From contig CALXYN010000002.1 of assembly GCA_944392975.1 (NCBI GenBank), forward strand, positions 1,105-65,104: a stretch of 64,000 nt of DNA, read 5' to 3'. Source of the stretch: an uncultured Spirochaetaceae bacterium. Its GTDB lineage: Bacteria; Spirochaetota; Spirochaetia; Sphaerochaetales; Sphaerochaetaceae. Below, piece after piece: positions 39,036 through 48,875 of this stretch (positions within the stretch are counted from its first letter, which is position 1; each line of letters opens with the position of its first letter). A program made the position numbers and the translations under genes. The notes beneath the pieces are model-generated. The model had not been told where the DNA came from. It was given only the letters and a program-made list of their open reading frames with translations, and made no database searches.

Positions 39036-40544
39036 ATGAGCGCATTGAATGATTATATAAATAGTGGGAAAGACCTGAATCCGGGAATGGTGATGTATAC
39101 ATCCTCTCTGGATCTTGTTTCCAGTGTCTCTCCATCCGTCGCTGGCCGTATTGTCAGAGAGCTCAAGGACCAGAGAACCCATCTCAAACTGATTGCCAGT
39201 GAGAATTATTCATCACTTGCCGTGCAGGCTGCCATGGGCAACCTTCTTACAGATAAATATTCTGAAGGATTCCCATTCCATAGATTCTATGCAGGCTGTG
39301 AGAATGTCGATGCTGTGGAGGCTGAAGCTGTAGAAAGCGCAAAAAGGCTTTTCGGTGCAGAGCATGCGTATGTACAGCCCCATTCAGGTGCTGATGCGAA
39401 TCTCTGCGCATATTGGGCAATACTCAGTGAGGTTGTGGAGATGCCTGCACTGGAGGAAATGGGTGTTAAGAATCCTTCCGATATGAAGAGAGAAGACTGG
39501 GAGAGAATCAGGACACTGACGCATAACCAGCGCCTTCTCGGTCTTGATTACTACTCTGGAGGACACCTTACTCATGGATATAGACAAAATATCTCTGCTC
39601 AGATGTTCGATGCCTATTCCTATACAGTGAATAAAGAGACAGGACTTCTTGATTACGACGAGATTGAGCGCTTGATAGCAGAGATAAAGCCCCTGATTCT
39701 TCTTGCAGGCTATTCTGCTTATCCGAGAGCTATAGATTTCCATCGTCTTGCGGACATCGCGCATAAGCATGGTGCTGTTTTCATGGTCGATATGGCTCAT
39801 TTTGCAGGACTTGTCGCAGGCAAGGTTTTTACAGGAGATTTCGATCCTGTCGCCTGGGCTGATATCATCACGACAACAACACATAAGACGCTGAGAGGAC
39901 CTCGTGGTGGCATGATTCTCTGCAAGGAGAGATTTGCTTCTGCTGTGGACAAAGGATGCCCGCTTGTAATCGGTGGACCACTTCCACATGTCATGGCTGC
40001 AAAGGCGATTGCCCTTGAGGAAGCTGAGAAGCCTGAGTTCAGGACATATGCTGAAAGGATTGTTGAGAATGCAAGACATCTTGCTGCTTCCTGCATTAAA
40101 GAAGGCATTCCTGTTGCTACTGGCGGCACCGACAACCATCTGATGCTTCTGGATGTGCGACCATTCGGTCTTAATGGAAGACAGGCAGAAAGCCTATTGA
40201 GGGAATGTGGCATAACACTTAATCGCAATGCACTTCCTTTTGATCCCAATGGACCGTGGTATACATCTGGGTTGAGGATTGGAACACCTGCTCTGACAAC
40301 ACTGGGAATGGGAAAGAAGGAGATGGAGGAAGTTGCCTCGATTATCGCAACTGTTCTCAGAAACGCACATCCTGTCAGACTGACAAAAGGCGAGAGGGCA
40401 GGAGAACTTTCAAAGAACAAGGCAAAGGCACCGGATGAGGTGATGGAAGAAGCAAGAAAGAGAGTCCTGAATTTGCTTTGCAGGTTTGTACTCTATCCTG
40501 AACTTGATCTTGCTTTCCTTGAAAAGGAATTTCCTCTTGTCTGA
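39036..40544 (+). CDS. glyA: Serine hydroxymethyltransferase (long form)
   Basis: LIASENY and the PLP-lysine segment TTTHKTLRGPRGG. Confidence 0.95.
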   Translation: MSALNDYINSGKDLNPGMVMYTSSLDLVSSVSPSVAGRIVRELKDQRTHLKLIASENYSSLAVQAAMGNLLTDKYSEGFPFHRFYAGCENVDAVEAEAVESAKRLFGAEHAYVQPHSGADANLCAYWAILSEVVEMPALEEMGVKNPSDMKREDWERIRTLTHNQRLLGLDYYSGGHLTHGYRQNISAQMFDAYSYTVNKETGLLDYDEIERLIAEIKPLILLAGYSAYPRAIDFHRLADIAHKHGAVFMVDMAHFAGLVAGKVFTGDFDPVAWADIITTTTHKTLRGPRGGMILCKERFASAVDKGCPLVIGGPLPHVMAAKAIALEEAEKPEFRTYAERIVENARHLAASCIKEGIPVATGGTDNHLMLLDVRPFGLNGRQAESLLRECGITLNRNALPFDPNGPWYTSGLRIGTPALTTLGMGKKEMEEVASIIATVLRNAHPVRLTKGERAGELSKNKAKAPDEVMEEARKRVLNLLCRFVLYPELDLAFLEKEFPLV

Positions 40545-40704
40545 CAGAATGTTGAAACCTTTTCAGGTGGGCAATCTGCATTTACAAGGCGTTTTTTACG
40601 CAAAAATTCTGCACAATGTGCATGACAATGGCAAAATGAGAGTAGAATGACCTATCAAGGTAGGATAGACTAACGACATAAAAAGAATAAAAAGGAGAAG
40701 CCAA

Positions 40705-41961
40705 ATGAAAAAATTTGTTGCAGCATTCCTTGTGCTTGCTATACTCATCGCAGGCGTTTGGGCAGGTGGAAGCAGCGAGTCCTCCAATGGAGTAGAACGT
40801 CTTGAACTTCTGCTTTCTGATGATACGCTTGAAGGCGGAGCAATGGCTAAGGCTGTTGAGAGATTCAACGCTGAGTATGCAGACAAGGGAATTGAAGTCT
40901 ATATCAACGAAATCGCTTACGGCGATATGCAGACACAGATTCAGAACAGGGCTATGGCAGGTGATCTTCCTGCACTTATCCGCTCTGGCCACTTCCTTCA
41001 GTATAACGACCTCGCATACCCACTTGAGGGAAAGCTTGGTGACCTCACAGGTTCTTCCTTCGCAATGGACGGAACAGTCAATGGTGAGCTCGTTGCAGGT
41101 ACAGTAAACGCAACTGCTGTTGGTCTTATCATAAACAAGACAGCTTTTGACAAGGCTGGTGTTTCCTATCCTCTTACAGAAGAAGAGAGATGGACTTGGG
41201 ATGAGTTCATGGCTGCTCTTGATCAGGTAATGGCAGCTAACGAAGGCGACCTTGATTACGCTCTTGTAATCGACTACTCACAGCAGAGAATCAGAACAGT
41301 TCTTTATCAGTTCGGTTCTATGTTCTTTGATCCAGCTGATTCAAAGCACCTTATTTTCGACAGCCCAGAGACAAGAGCTGGTATCGACTTCCTTCTTTCC
41401 CTCTATGAGGATGGATACTCATCAGTATCTGCTGGTCTCGGAACAGAGAACGCACAGCAGATGTTCAAGACCGGTAGAGTCGCAGCTCACCTTGCTGGAA
41501 ACTGGGTCATCACAGATTACATGGAGAACATCACAGACTTCGAGTGGACACCAGTTCTGATGCCATATGAGACAACAGTCGCAACATGTCTTGGTGGAAA
41601 CTTCCTCTATGCATTTGATGGAACAGGCCAGGAAGAGGCTGCAGTTGAGTTCATCAAGTGGTTCTTTGAGCCAGAGAACTATATCCAGTACTGCAAGGAT
41701 GGCAACTACCTTCCAGGTGTTAAGGGTATTGAAATTGATTACGATGTTCCTGGTCTTGATATCTTTGTTCAGGAGCTCAATGCAACAGATGCTGCTCCAG
41801 AGAGAGATAAGGCTATTGAATCCTCTTACATCGGTAAGGACTGGGGTAACACACTCCGTGACAACCTTGCAAGAGCAGTTGCTGGCGAAATCTCCGCAGA
41901 AGATGTTATCCGCATCACATGCGATACACTTGTTGACACATTCGGCGACATCCACGAGTGA
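40705..41961 (+). CDS. Carbohydrate ABC transporter substrate-binding protein (CUT1)
   Basis: Signal peptide, then AGGSSESS. Length of 418 aa and overall pattern fit extracellular solute-binding family 1. Confidence 0.8.
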   Translation: MKKFVAAFLVLAILIAGVWAGGSSESSNGVERLELLLSDDTLEGGAMAKAVERFNAEYADKGIEVYINEIAYGDMQTQIQNRAMAGDLPALIRSGHFLQYNDLAYPLEGKLGDLTGSSFAMDGTVNGELVAGTVNATAVGLIINKTAFDKAGVSYPLTEEERWTWDEFMAALDQVMAANEGDLDYALVIDYSQQRIRTVLYQFGSMFFDPADSKHLIFDSPETRAGIDFLLSLYEDGYSSVSAGLGTENAQQMFKTGRVAAHLAGNWVITDYMENITDFEWTPVLMPYETTVATCLGGNFLYAFDGTGQEEAAVEFIKWFFEPENYIQYCKDGNYLPGVKGIEIDYDVPGLDIFVQELNATDAAPERDKAIESSYIGKDWGNTLRDNLARAVAGEISAEDVIRITCDTLVDTFGDIHE

Positions 41962-41980
41962 TTCAATAAGATTTAGGAAG

Positions 41981-42008
41981 AAAACGGACCCTTTCGAGGG
42001 CCCGTTTT
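41981..42008. terminator. Bidirectional terminator between convergent genes
   Basis: AAAACGGaCCC-tttcga-GGGcCCGTTTT, with A/T tracts on both sides. Confidence 0.75.
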
Positions 42009-42019
42009 CGTTTCACTTC

Positions 42020-44446
42020 TCAGATTTTCTTGATCCGCTGGAATTCCCTTGCGTATCCGCTCTCGCACTTCCAGTCATATGGTTTGCCATTGAGCGTTGG
42101 CGTAATTTCCTTCCCGCATTTCAGAAGTCCGTATGAGAAATCATTTACGGAACCTTCAATTTTCTCTGCATCGAAGCTTACATCCATCGCTTTGAAGAGC
42201 TTCTTGAAGTTTTTGAATGATGAGACTTCGTATGCATTTGCACAGCGTATCATGCAAAGCTGTCTTTCTCCTTCTGCAATGATTTCCCTGTTTTTGTTCA
42301 TTCCTGTTTCCGTTAAACGGGGAAGGGAAGAGAACCGCACTCCGATGTAACCATCCCCAGAGCGTGCGAAGACATTGTTTCCTTCAATTGACCATTCATC
42401 ATACAGCCATGTTGGAAAATATGCGTGTATATATTTCACGACTTCCTTTTCCTCAATTTCAAAGAGCATCAGCATCAAAGCTTTATATTGTATTGCCATT
42501 GGCAATGTCCCGTTTCCTGACCAGTATGACGGTCTGTTTTCACCGCTATATGCTTTTTCTCCCGGATGGTTGATGAAAAACGAGGCTTCTCTGCCGATTG
42601 TGCAGTCCATGATGTGCTGCTGATGTCCATGCCTGAATGGCTTGAAGCTTTCAGCAGATGCAAGAATGTATGATGAAGTTGCTGCACTGTATGTCCAGAC
42701 ATTCTCCTCTCCCTGCACACATTTTACTATTCTCATCTCCAGATCCGTGAGTGTGTCAGGAGAAATCAACTCAGGCACGTAGCTTGAGAGTGAAAAGAGT
42801 GCAGTTGCTCTGTTTGACAGAGTTGCCCATCCCTCGCCAAATGCAACATATGAAAGGAATGATGGCTCATTCTCCTCTTTTGCCTTGACTGTCATTTCAT
42901 AAGCTCTGCCAAAAGATGAGGACATCAGACCATGGTTTGAATTGTCCCGGATGATTCTGAACGTATAATCCAGAGCCTCTTTGGCCTTTGCCCTGATGTC
43001 TTCATCTTCTGTAGCTTCATAGAGTGAGAAGAGACCAATAAGATCTACCGGGAAGTAAGTTGCGCTGTTCCATTCTGCATAGTGATAGAGGCTGAAATTC
43101 CTGAACCATGTGAAAAGCCTTGATTTACCGATCATGCGCTGTTCTCGTCCTGTCCTGCCACTTACTGTGAAGATTTCATCGGGGTAGAGTATTCCTGCAA
43201 GGTACTGGGAGACATTGAAAAGGAATGCATGGTTTTCCGAGAAATACCACATTGCATCATTGCCTTTCTCGTCTATCCAGTATCTGAACTCCAGAACTGC
43301 CTTTTTTGCCCTGTCATAGAGTTTGCTGCTGTACAGATTTCCGTTCCTGATAAGACTCCAGATCAGTGGGGCCATGACAAAATCCGCACAGTCCTCTTTC
43401 CTTTCAATCTGCTCAAGACTCCGTTCAATGCATTTTCTGGCTTCCTGTGTGATTTTCCCTGTTTCCTTCATTATAGCCATTGCCTGGTGAACAAGGCTTC
43501 CGCCATACTTCGCAGCAAAGGAAAGTGCTTCCTTCTTCCTTCCTTCGACAGTGTCATGTGATGGCAGGTCTGTAAGCGTTTTTGGTGCCTTGTTGTAAAA
43601 TACCTTTCGCTTCACCTCGACATTTCCTGCACTGACTGTGAATATTGCTTTCTTCTGCCCGATATCCTGAAATGATTGCAGGAGTGGAAGCGTGTTCATT
43701 CCTTTCTCGATCCTGAATGAAAGCTTTTCATTGCTGATGTTTTCCACATTAAGCGTGATTGGTTTTGTAAGCATCGATGAATCGAAGTCAGCCTCTATGC
43801 CTCCAAAGCAGTAGGAAGTGCGGGTGAGTGAGAGGGTTGATAGAAATGACTCTGCTTCATGTATGTATTTGGGCGAAGCTTTCACATCGACACTCTGGAC
43901 AATCTTTTCCTCTCCAAGGTATAGAAAATCAAAATAGAAGAACACGTCGCGTTCTGCAAGTTCATCTGCGTATATCTCGAATTCATGCTTCCCCTTTTCA
44001 AGCTGGATGGAGAAAAACTGTTTATGTGGTATGTTCCTGTCGTAGGGAGTGAAGATCAGGGTTTCTTTCCCATCAACCCATAGCTTGATACCGCCGCAGG
44101 TAGCGATAGAGAAAGGAAACTTTCCGTTTTTCGGTACATCGACCGTGCTTTTAAGATACGTCCATATATGCGTGGTTGTCCTGATAGCTGTCGAGAAATT
44201 GACCTTTGAATCCTCAAATGGAAAATACACAGCATCGTAGTCTCCCTTATAGCGTTTTATCCCCTTCAGGTTATGGTGCTCCAGAAACCATTTTCTTTGC
44301 GGGTAGACAATCTGCACATACGCCTCTCCCGTATTCACTGGTGCATAGAAAGATTCCAGTGGCGCATTGATATCCTTTTTCCTTATTCCTGTATAAAGCC
44401 AATGAGAAAGACTCTGGCTTTTTGTGATTTCATATTTCAGCTGCAT
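42020..44446 (-). CDS. Large hypothetical protein (808 aa), possibly glycan-active
   Basis: Long clean ORF inside a sugar-ABC locus with no signal peptide. No motif I can name with confidence. Confidence 0.5.
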   Translation of the reverse strand: MQLKYEITKSQSLSHWLYTGIRKKDINAPLESFYAPVNTGEAYVQIVYPQRKWFLEHHNLKGIKRYKGDYDAVYFPFEDSKVNFSTAIRTTTHIWTYLKSTVDVPKNGKFPFSIATCGGIKLWVDGKETLIFTPYDRNIPHKQFFSIQLEKGKHEFEIYADELAERDVFFYFDFLYLGEEKIVQSVDVKASPKYIHEAESFLSTLSLTRTSYCFGGIEADFDSSMLTKPITLNVENISNEKLSFRIEKGMNTLPLLQSFQDIGQKKAIFTVSAGNVEVKRKVFYNKAPKTLTDLPSHDTVEGRKKEALSFAAKYGGSLVHQAMAIMKETGKITQEARKCIERSLEQIERKEDCADFVMAPLIWSLIRNGNLYSSKLYDRAKKAVLEFRYWIDEKGNDAMWYFSENHAFLFNVSQYLAGILYPDEIFTVSGRTGREQRMIGKSRLFTWFRNFSLYHYAEWNSATYFPVDLIGLFSLYEATEDEDIRAKAKEALDYTFRIIRDNSNHGLMSSSFGRAYEMTVKAKEENEPSFLSYVAFGEGWATLSNRATALFSLSSYVPELISPDTLTDLEMRIVKCVQGEENVWTYSAATSSYILASAESFKPFRHGHQQHIMDCTIGREASFFINHPGEKAYSGENRPSYWSGNGTLPMAIQYKALMLMLFEIEEKEVVKYIHAYFPTWLYDEWSIEGNNVFARSGDGYIGVRFSSLPRLTETGMNKNREIIAEGERQLCMIRCANAYEVSSFKNFKKLFKAMDVSFDAEKIEGSVNDFSYGLLKCGKEITPTLNGKPYDWKCESGYAREFQRIKKI

Positions 44447-44592
44447 GCTTGAATAATAACCCCAAAATATATGGCTTAACTATCTGAAAGTGCCATATTT
44501 CGCAAAATCTGCAGTTTTTGTTTGTCAGAGGCGCAATGAATATCTTGCATGAGATTTCAGTTCTGCTAAACTTTTAGCAAAAGGGAGGTTCT

Positions 44593-45480
44593 ATGAGTCG
44601 GAAGAAAAATCCATTGGATCGCAATCAGGGCTGGGCTCTGCTTTTCTGCGCTCCGAATATCATTTTCTTTATCATATTTTTCTTATGGCCTGCAGTAATT
44701 GGTCTGTACTACTCATTCACCAATTATGATGGATGGAGAAATATGGATTTCATCGGATTGGAGAATTATATAGACCTTTTCCATGACAGCCAGTTCTATT
44801 CGGTTCTGCTTAATACATGTCTCTACGTTATAGTTTCTGTCCCGTTGGGAATGGTTGTTTCCCTTTTCCTTGCACTCCTTCTCAATGATGAGAAGATCAA
44901 GGGAAACGCAATAACCAGAGTCCTTGTTTATTGGCCGACATTGCTTTCAACCATCATGGTCGGTGTCACATGGAAGTGGATTTTCGGCGAATCATTCGGA
45001 GTGATGAACTATATCCTGACATCCATGGGTATGGAAGGGGTAGGTTGGTTCTCAAGTCCTGGACCGGCTTTCTGGACGACAATCATTGCAACAGTCTGGT
45101 CTGGTTGTGGTGTTAATATGCTTATCTATCTTGGTGGTATCAAGCAGATTCCTGTTGATCTGTATGAGGCTGCGACAATCGATGGTGCAAACGGTTGGCA
45201 GAGGTTCATGAATATCACGATTCCATCACTGAAACCTGTCACATTCATGATACTTCTTACATCCACAATCAATGCATTCAAGGTCTTCGCTATGGTCCAG
45301 ACACTTACCAATGGAGGCCCTGGAACATCGACCACATATATGATTCAGTATATCTACCAGATCGGATTCACCAGAAACAGGCATGGATATGCATCAGCTG
45401 CTTCCATGATTCTCTTTGTCATCCTCCTTGTTATTTCATTTATACAGACAAGGATTAATGCAAAGCAGGAGGAGGCATAA
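44593..45480 (+). CDS. Carbohydrate ABC transporter permease (MalF/UgpA type)
   Basis: EAA loop LYEAATIDGANGWQRFMNITIPSL and six TM segments. A GGGAGG RBS is present. Confidence 0.88.
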   Translation: MSRKKNPLDRNQGWALLFCAPNIIFFIIFFLWPAVIGLYYSFTNYDGWRNMDFIGLENYIDLFHDSQFYSVLLNTCLYVIVSVPLGMVVSLFLALLLNDEKIKGNAITRVLVYWPTLLSTIMVGVTWKWIFGESFGVMNYILTSMGMEGVGWFSSPGPAFWTTIIATVWSGCGVNMLIYLGGIKQIPVDLYEAATIDGANGWQRFMNITIPSLKPVTFMILLTSTINAFKVFAMVQTLTNGGPGTSTTYMIQYIYQIGFTRNRHGYASAASMILFVILLVISFIQTRINAKQEEA

Positions 45481-45482
45481 TT

Positions 45483-46310
45483 ATGATGAAAGTATCCAAA
45501 TCGTCTGTAATAGCAAAAACAGTTCTCTCTCTCGTGTTTGCTCTTATCTGGGTATTCCCGGTTGTATGGCTTGTGCTTTCTTCATTCAAGCCAGGCTCAG
45601 AGCTTTTCACGTTCCCTCTGACGCTTTTCCCGAAGAATTTCTCTCTTGCAGGATATATCTCAACGTTCTCCAGATATAACGTATTCAGAGCAACATATAA
45701 CACGGCATTCATTACATTCTTTGCTACCATCATCACCCTTGTCATGAGCTGTATGTGTGGATATGCACTTGCCAAGTATCATTACAAGTGGCTTTCTGTG
45801 TTTTTCATGTGTATGCTTGCAACCACAATGCTTCCGACAGAAGTCATTATGTCCCCAAGCTTCACAGTCATTCTCAATCTCGGTCTTTACAATACTCTCT
45901 GGGGTGCTATCATCCCGACAGTCGGTACAATGACCGGTGTATTCCTGATGAGACAGTTCTTTATATCGATTCCGAATGAGCTCCTTGAAGCAGCCAGAAT
46001 CGATGGCGCAAATGAAGGAAGATCCTTTGTGCAGATCATGGTTCCGCTTTGCCGCAGCCAGATTGCTATTCTTGCAATCTTCTCATTCCGCTGGAGATGG
46101 AATGATTATGTATGGCCATTACTTGCTCTCACAAGGCCGGAGATGTATACACTCCAGCTCCAGCTGAGGACTCTCAGTGGCGCCGAAGCCGTAGACTGGT
46201 CAGCTTTGCTTTCGTTCTCGGTTCTGACGATGATCCCAGTGTTGATTATCTTCATCATATTCAACCGCCAGATCATGAGCTCCGAAGTATCGAGTGGAGT
46301 AAAGGGTTAA
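45483..46310 (+). CDS. Carbohydrate ABC transporter permease (MalG/UgpE type)
   Basis: EAA loop LLEAARIDGANEGRSFVQIMVPL. Confidence 0.88.
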   Translation: MMKVSKSSVIAKTVLSLVFALIWVFPVVWLVLSSFKPGSELFTFPLTLFPKNFSLAGYISTFSRYNVFRATYNTAFITFFATIITLVMSCMCGYALAKYHYKWLSVFFMCMLATTMLPTEVIMSPSFTVILNLGLYNTLWGAIIPTVGTMTGVFLMRQFFISIPNELLEAARIDGANEGRSFVQIMVPLCRSQIAILAIFSFRWRWNDYVWPLLALTRPEMYTLQLQLRTLSGAEAVDWSALLSFSVLTMIPVLIIFIIFNRQIMSSEVSSGVKG

Positions 46311-46316
46311 TCCAGA

Positions 46317-46340
46317 GAAGGCCTTCGGGCCTTCTTTTTT
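46317..46340 (+). terminator. Rho-independent terminator
   Basis: GAAGGCC-ttcg-GGCCTTC followed by TTTTTT. Confidence 0.8.
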
Positions 46341-46376
46341 CTTTCCTGCCATCCTCTGTCGTAGTATTCTTAATAT

Positions 46377-47744
46377 ATGAGCAGCATACTTATTAAGAAT
46401 GGACTTGTTGTAGATACTGAGTGGATGAGGCGTTCCGATATCCTGATTTCTGGCTCGAAGATAAAACGGGTTGCCCCTTCAATTGATTACAATACGCTTG
46501 CCCCGGACACTACGGTTGTAAAAGCCGATGGCCTTTGTGTTCTTCCTGGCATCATCGATGCTCATACGCATTATCATCTGGTATCCAGAGGAACTGTGAC
46601 TGCAGATTCTTTCAGGGAAGGTTCGAGACTTGCCGCATTTGGTGGTGTAACGACAGTCGTGGATTTTGCTGATGATAATAAATCCTCCCTTCTTGATTCG
46701 CTCCATCTCAGGCGCAAGGAAATGATTCCGATGGCAATCGATTATGCGCTCCATCAGGGTGTGTACAAATTCCGCGCTGATATCAAAAAGGAGATGGAAT
46801 CGATAAAGCGGGCAGGTATCGGAGCTTTGAAGATTTTCACGACATACAAGGATGTCGGGTACCTTGTCGATGACAGGGAAGAACTGAAGAGCATCTTCAA
46901 GGACGCCAGGGACCTTGGTCTTATGGTTACAGTCCACTGTGAGGATGATGATCTTATAACCTCAATCTCCTCATCATGGCATGGTTCGTATAAGCCAATA
47001 GATCATGCCGCACTGCGTCCTGCGGAGGCTGAAGCAAAAGCCATTGAATATGTCGGTGGGATTGCACGAGAACTCAATATGCCTGTGTATATTGTCCATC
47101 TCTCATCTAAAAAAGGACTTGAAGCTGTAAGAAAACTGAGAATGGAAGGCGTGAAGGTGTTTGTGGAAACCACGCCTCACTATCTTTTCCTGACAAAGGA
47201 GAAGCTGGAAGGGGAAGATGGTCCATTGTATGTGATGACACCTCCTCTTCGTGAAAGAGAGGATAATGAGGCATTGCAGGAAGCCCTGATCAATGGAGAG
47301 ATTCAGGTTGTCGCAACAGATCACTGTTCGTTTACAAGAGAGCAGAAGCTTTCCAGTGATGACTGCAGGACAATATATCCTGGCATTCCTGGCACGGAGG
47401 AGCTCCTGCCTCTTATTCATACATTTGGCCTGACAAGCGGCAGACTTTCGCTTTCACAGATTGTCAACCTGCTTTCGACGGGACCTGCAAAGCTGTTCGG
47501 ACTCTATCCAGAAAAAGGTTCACTGGAAGTCGGGACGGATGCTGATATAACACTCTTTGATCCGGATTGCAGCTGGACAATAAACAAGGATACGATACAT
47601 TCAGCTGCTGGCTATTCGGCATACGAAGGGTTCAGTGTCACCGGAAAGGTCGTGATGACATATCTGAGGGGCCGTCTGATAATGGGCGATGACATCTATC
47701 TTGGACTCAATGGCGACGGTAAGTATCTGAGGGCAAGAAGATGA
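46377..47744 (+). CDS. Cyclic amidohydrolase (dihydropyrimidinase / D-hydantoinase-like)
   Basis: LPGIIDAHTHY metal-binding HxH, LKIFTTYKD (position of the carboxylated Lys), VHCED, and VVATDHC. Confidence 0.75.
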   Translation: MSSILIKNGLVVDTEWMRRSDILISGSKIKRVAPSIDYNTLAPDTTVVKADGLCVLPGIIDAHTHYHLVSRGTVTADSFREGSRLAAFGGVTTVVDFADDNKSSLLDSLHLRRKEMIPMAIDYALHQGVYKFRADIKKEMESIKRAGIGALKIFTTYKDVGYLVDDREELKSIFKDARDLGLMVTVHCEDDDLITSISSSWHGSYKPIDHAALRPAEAEAKAIEYVGGIARELNMPVYIVHLSSKKGLEAVRKLRMEGVKVFVETTPHYLFLTKEKLEGEDGPLYVMTPPLREREDNEALQEALINGEIQVVATDHCSFTREQKLSSDDCRTIYPGIPGTEELLPLIHTFGLTSGRLSLSQIVNLLSTGPAKLFGLYPEKGSLEVGTDADITLFDPDCSWTINKDTIHSAAGYSAYEGFSVTGKVVMTYLRGRLIMGDDIYLGLNGDGKYLRARR

Positions 47745-48874
47745 TAAAAGCACTTCTTTTCGACATGGATGGCGTCCTTGCGGATTCCGAGGGAATTTCG
47801 CTGGAAATCGGCCTTGCATATTTCCATTCAATTGGCGTGAATGCCGTGAAGGAGTCCTTTGCTTCCTCCCTTGGCTGTGGTGAGCGAACGTTTTTCGATA
47901 AAACAGCCGCAGTGCTTGGTGTTTCTGAGCCGCCTTATTCATATGACGATGCATCTGCGTTCTTCAGGAAAGAGTACATTGAGAGAATAAGGGATAACCA
48001 GATTGCGCTTCCTGGCAGCTGCATTGTCAGGAAGGCAAGGGAGAAGGGTATTCTTACAGCTCTTTGTTCATCAGCTCCTGAATGGAAGGTGAGAGCAAAC
48101 ATAGAGGCAATTAGACTTGAGGACAAAGACTTTGATTTCATAGCTTCCGGCAAAGATATAAAACGAAACAAACCTGAAAAGGATATCTATGCACTTGCTC
48201 TGATAGCGCTTGGAGTAGACGCATCGGATGCTGTTGTCTTTGAGGATTCTGAAGGCGGTATCATCAGCGGGAAGAGGGCTGGATGCAGAACTGTTTCCAT
48301 GCTGACAACAATAACGAGGGAGCAGGCTGAGAAGGCTGGGGCGGATGCTGTTATTGAGAATCTTTCATCGATTCCGGATTTCAGTGATGGAGAGGATCTT
48401 GAAGCGGCTTTGTTTCCACCAGATGGCAAGGTGCGTTATGGAGCGGTCCTCATCAGACCAGGCAAAAATGATGTACCTGACAGCGTGCTTATTGAAGAAG
48501 CCCGGAAGGCAAGAGAGCATGGCTATGCTCCGTATTCCGGTTTCCGGGTAGGAGCGGCTCTTCTTTCCGCTGCAAGTGGCAAAGTCTATTCAGGCTGTAA
48601 TGTTGAGAACTCTTCATATGGCGCTACAATATGTGCTGAACGCAATGCGATCACAACCGCAATTGCGAGTGAAGGCGTTATCGGAATCGAGAAGATTGCA
48701 GTGTATTCCGATGACGATCCTCCCGCACCTCCTTGTGCAGTATGTCTGCAGGTGCTGGCGGAATTCTCAAATCCGGATACGGAAGTCCTGCTTGTGACGC
48801 CGCACTCTGATCCTATCAGATACAGGTTCTCAGAGTTGTTGCCGATACCATTCATTTTCCCTACAATGCGTTAA
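47741..48874 (+). CDS. Fusion protein: HAD-superfamily phosphatase (beta-PGM-like) plus cytidine deaminase
   Basis: The N-terminus has LLFDMDGVLADSE (HAD motif I) and VFEDSEGG (motif IV region). The C-terminal ~130 aa has CAERNAI and PCAVCLQVL zinc motifs of the homotetrameric cytidine deaminase type. Confidence 0.8.
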   Translation: MIKALLFDMDGVLADSEGISLEIGLAYFHSIGVNAVKESFASSLGCGERTFFDKTAAVLGVSEPPYSYDDASAFFRKEYIERIRDNQIALPGSCIVRKAREKGILTALCSSAPEWKVRANIEAIRLEDKDFDFIASGKDIKRNKPEKDIYALALIALGVDASDAVVFEDSEGGIISGKRAGCRTVSMLTTITREQAEKAGADAVIENLSSIPDFSDGEDLEAALFPPDGKVRYGAVLIRPGKNDVPDSVLIEEARKAREHGYAPYSGFRVGAALLSAASGKVYSGCNVENSSYGATICAERNAITTAIASEGVIGIEKIAVYSDDDPPAPPCAVCLQVLAEFSNPDTEVLLVTPHSDPIRYRFSELLPIPFIFPTMR

Positions 48875-48875
48875 G

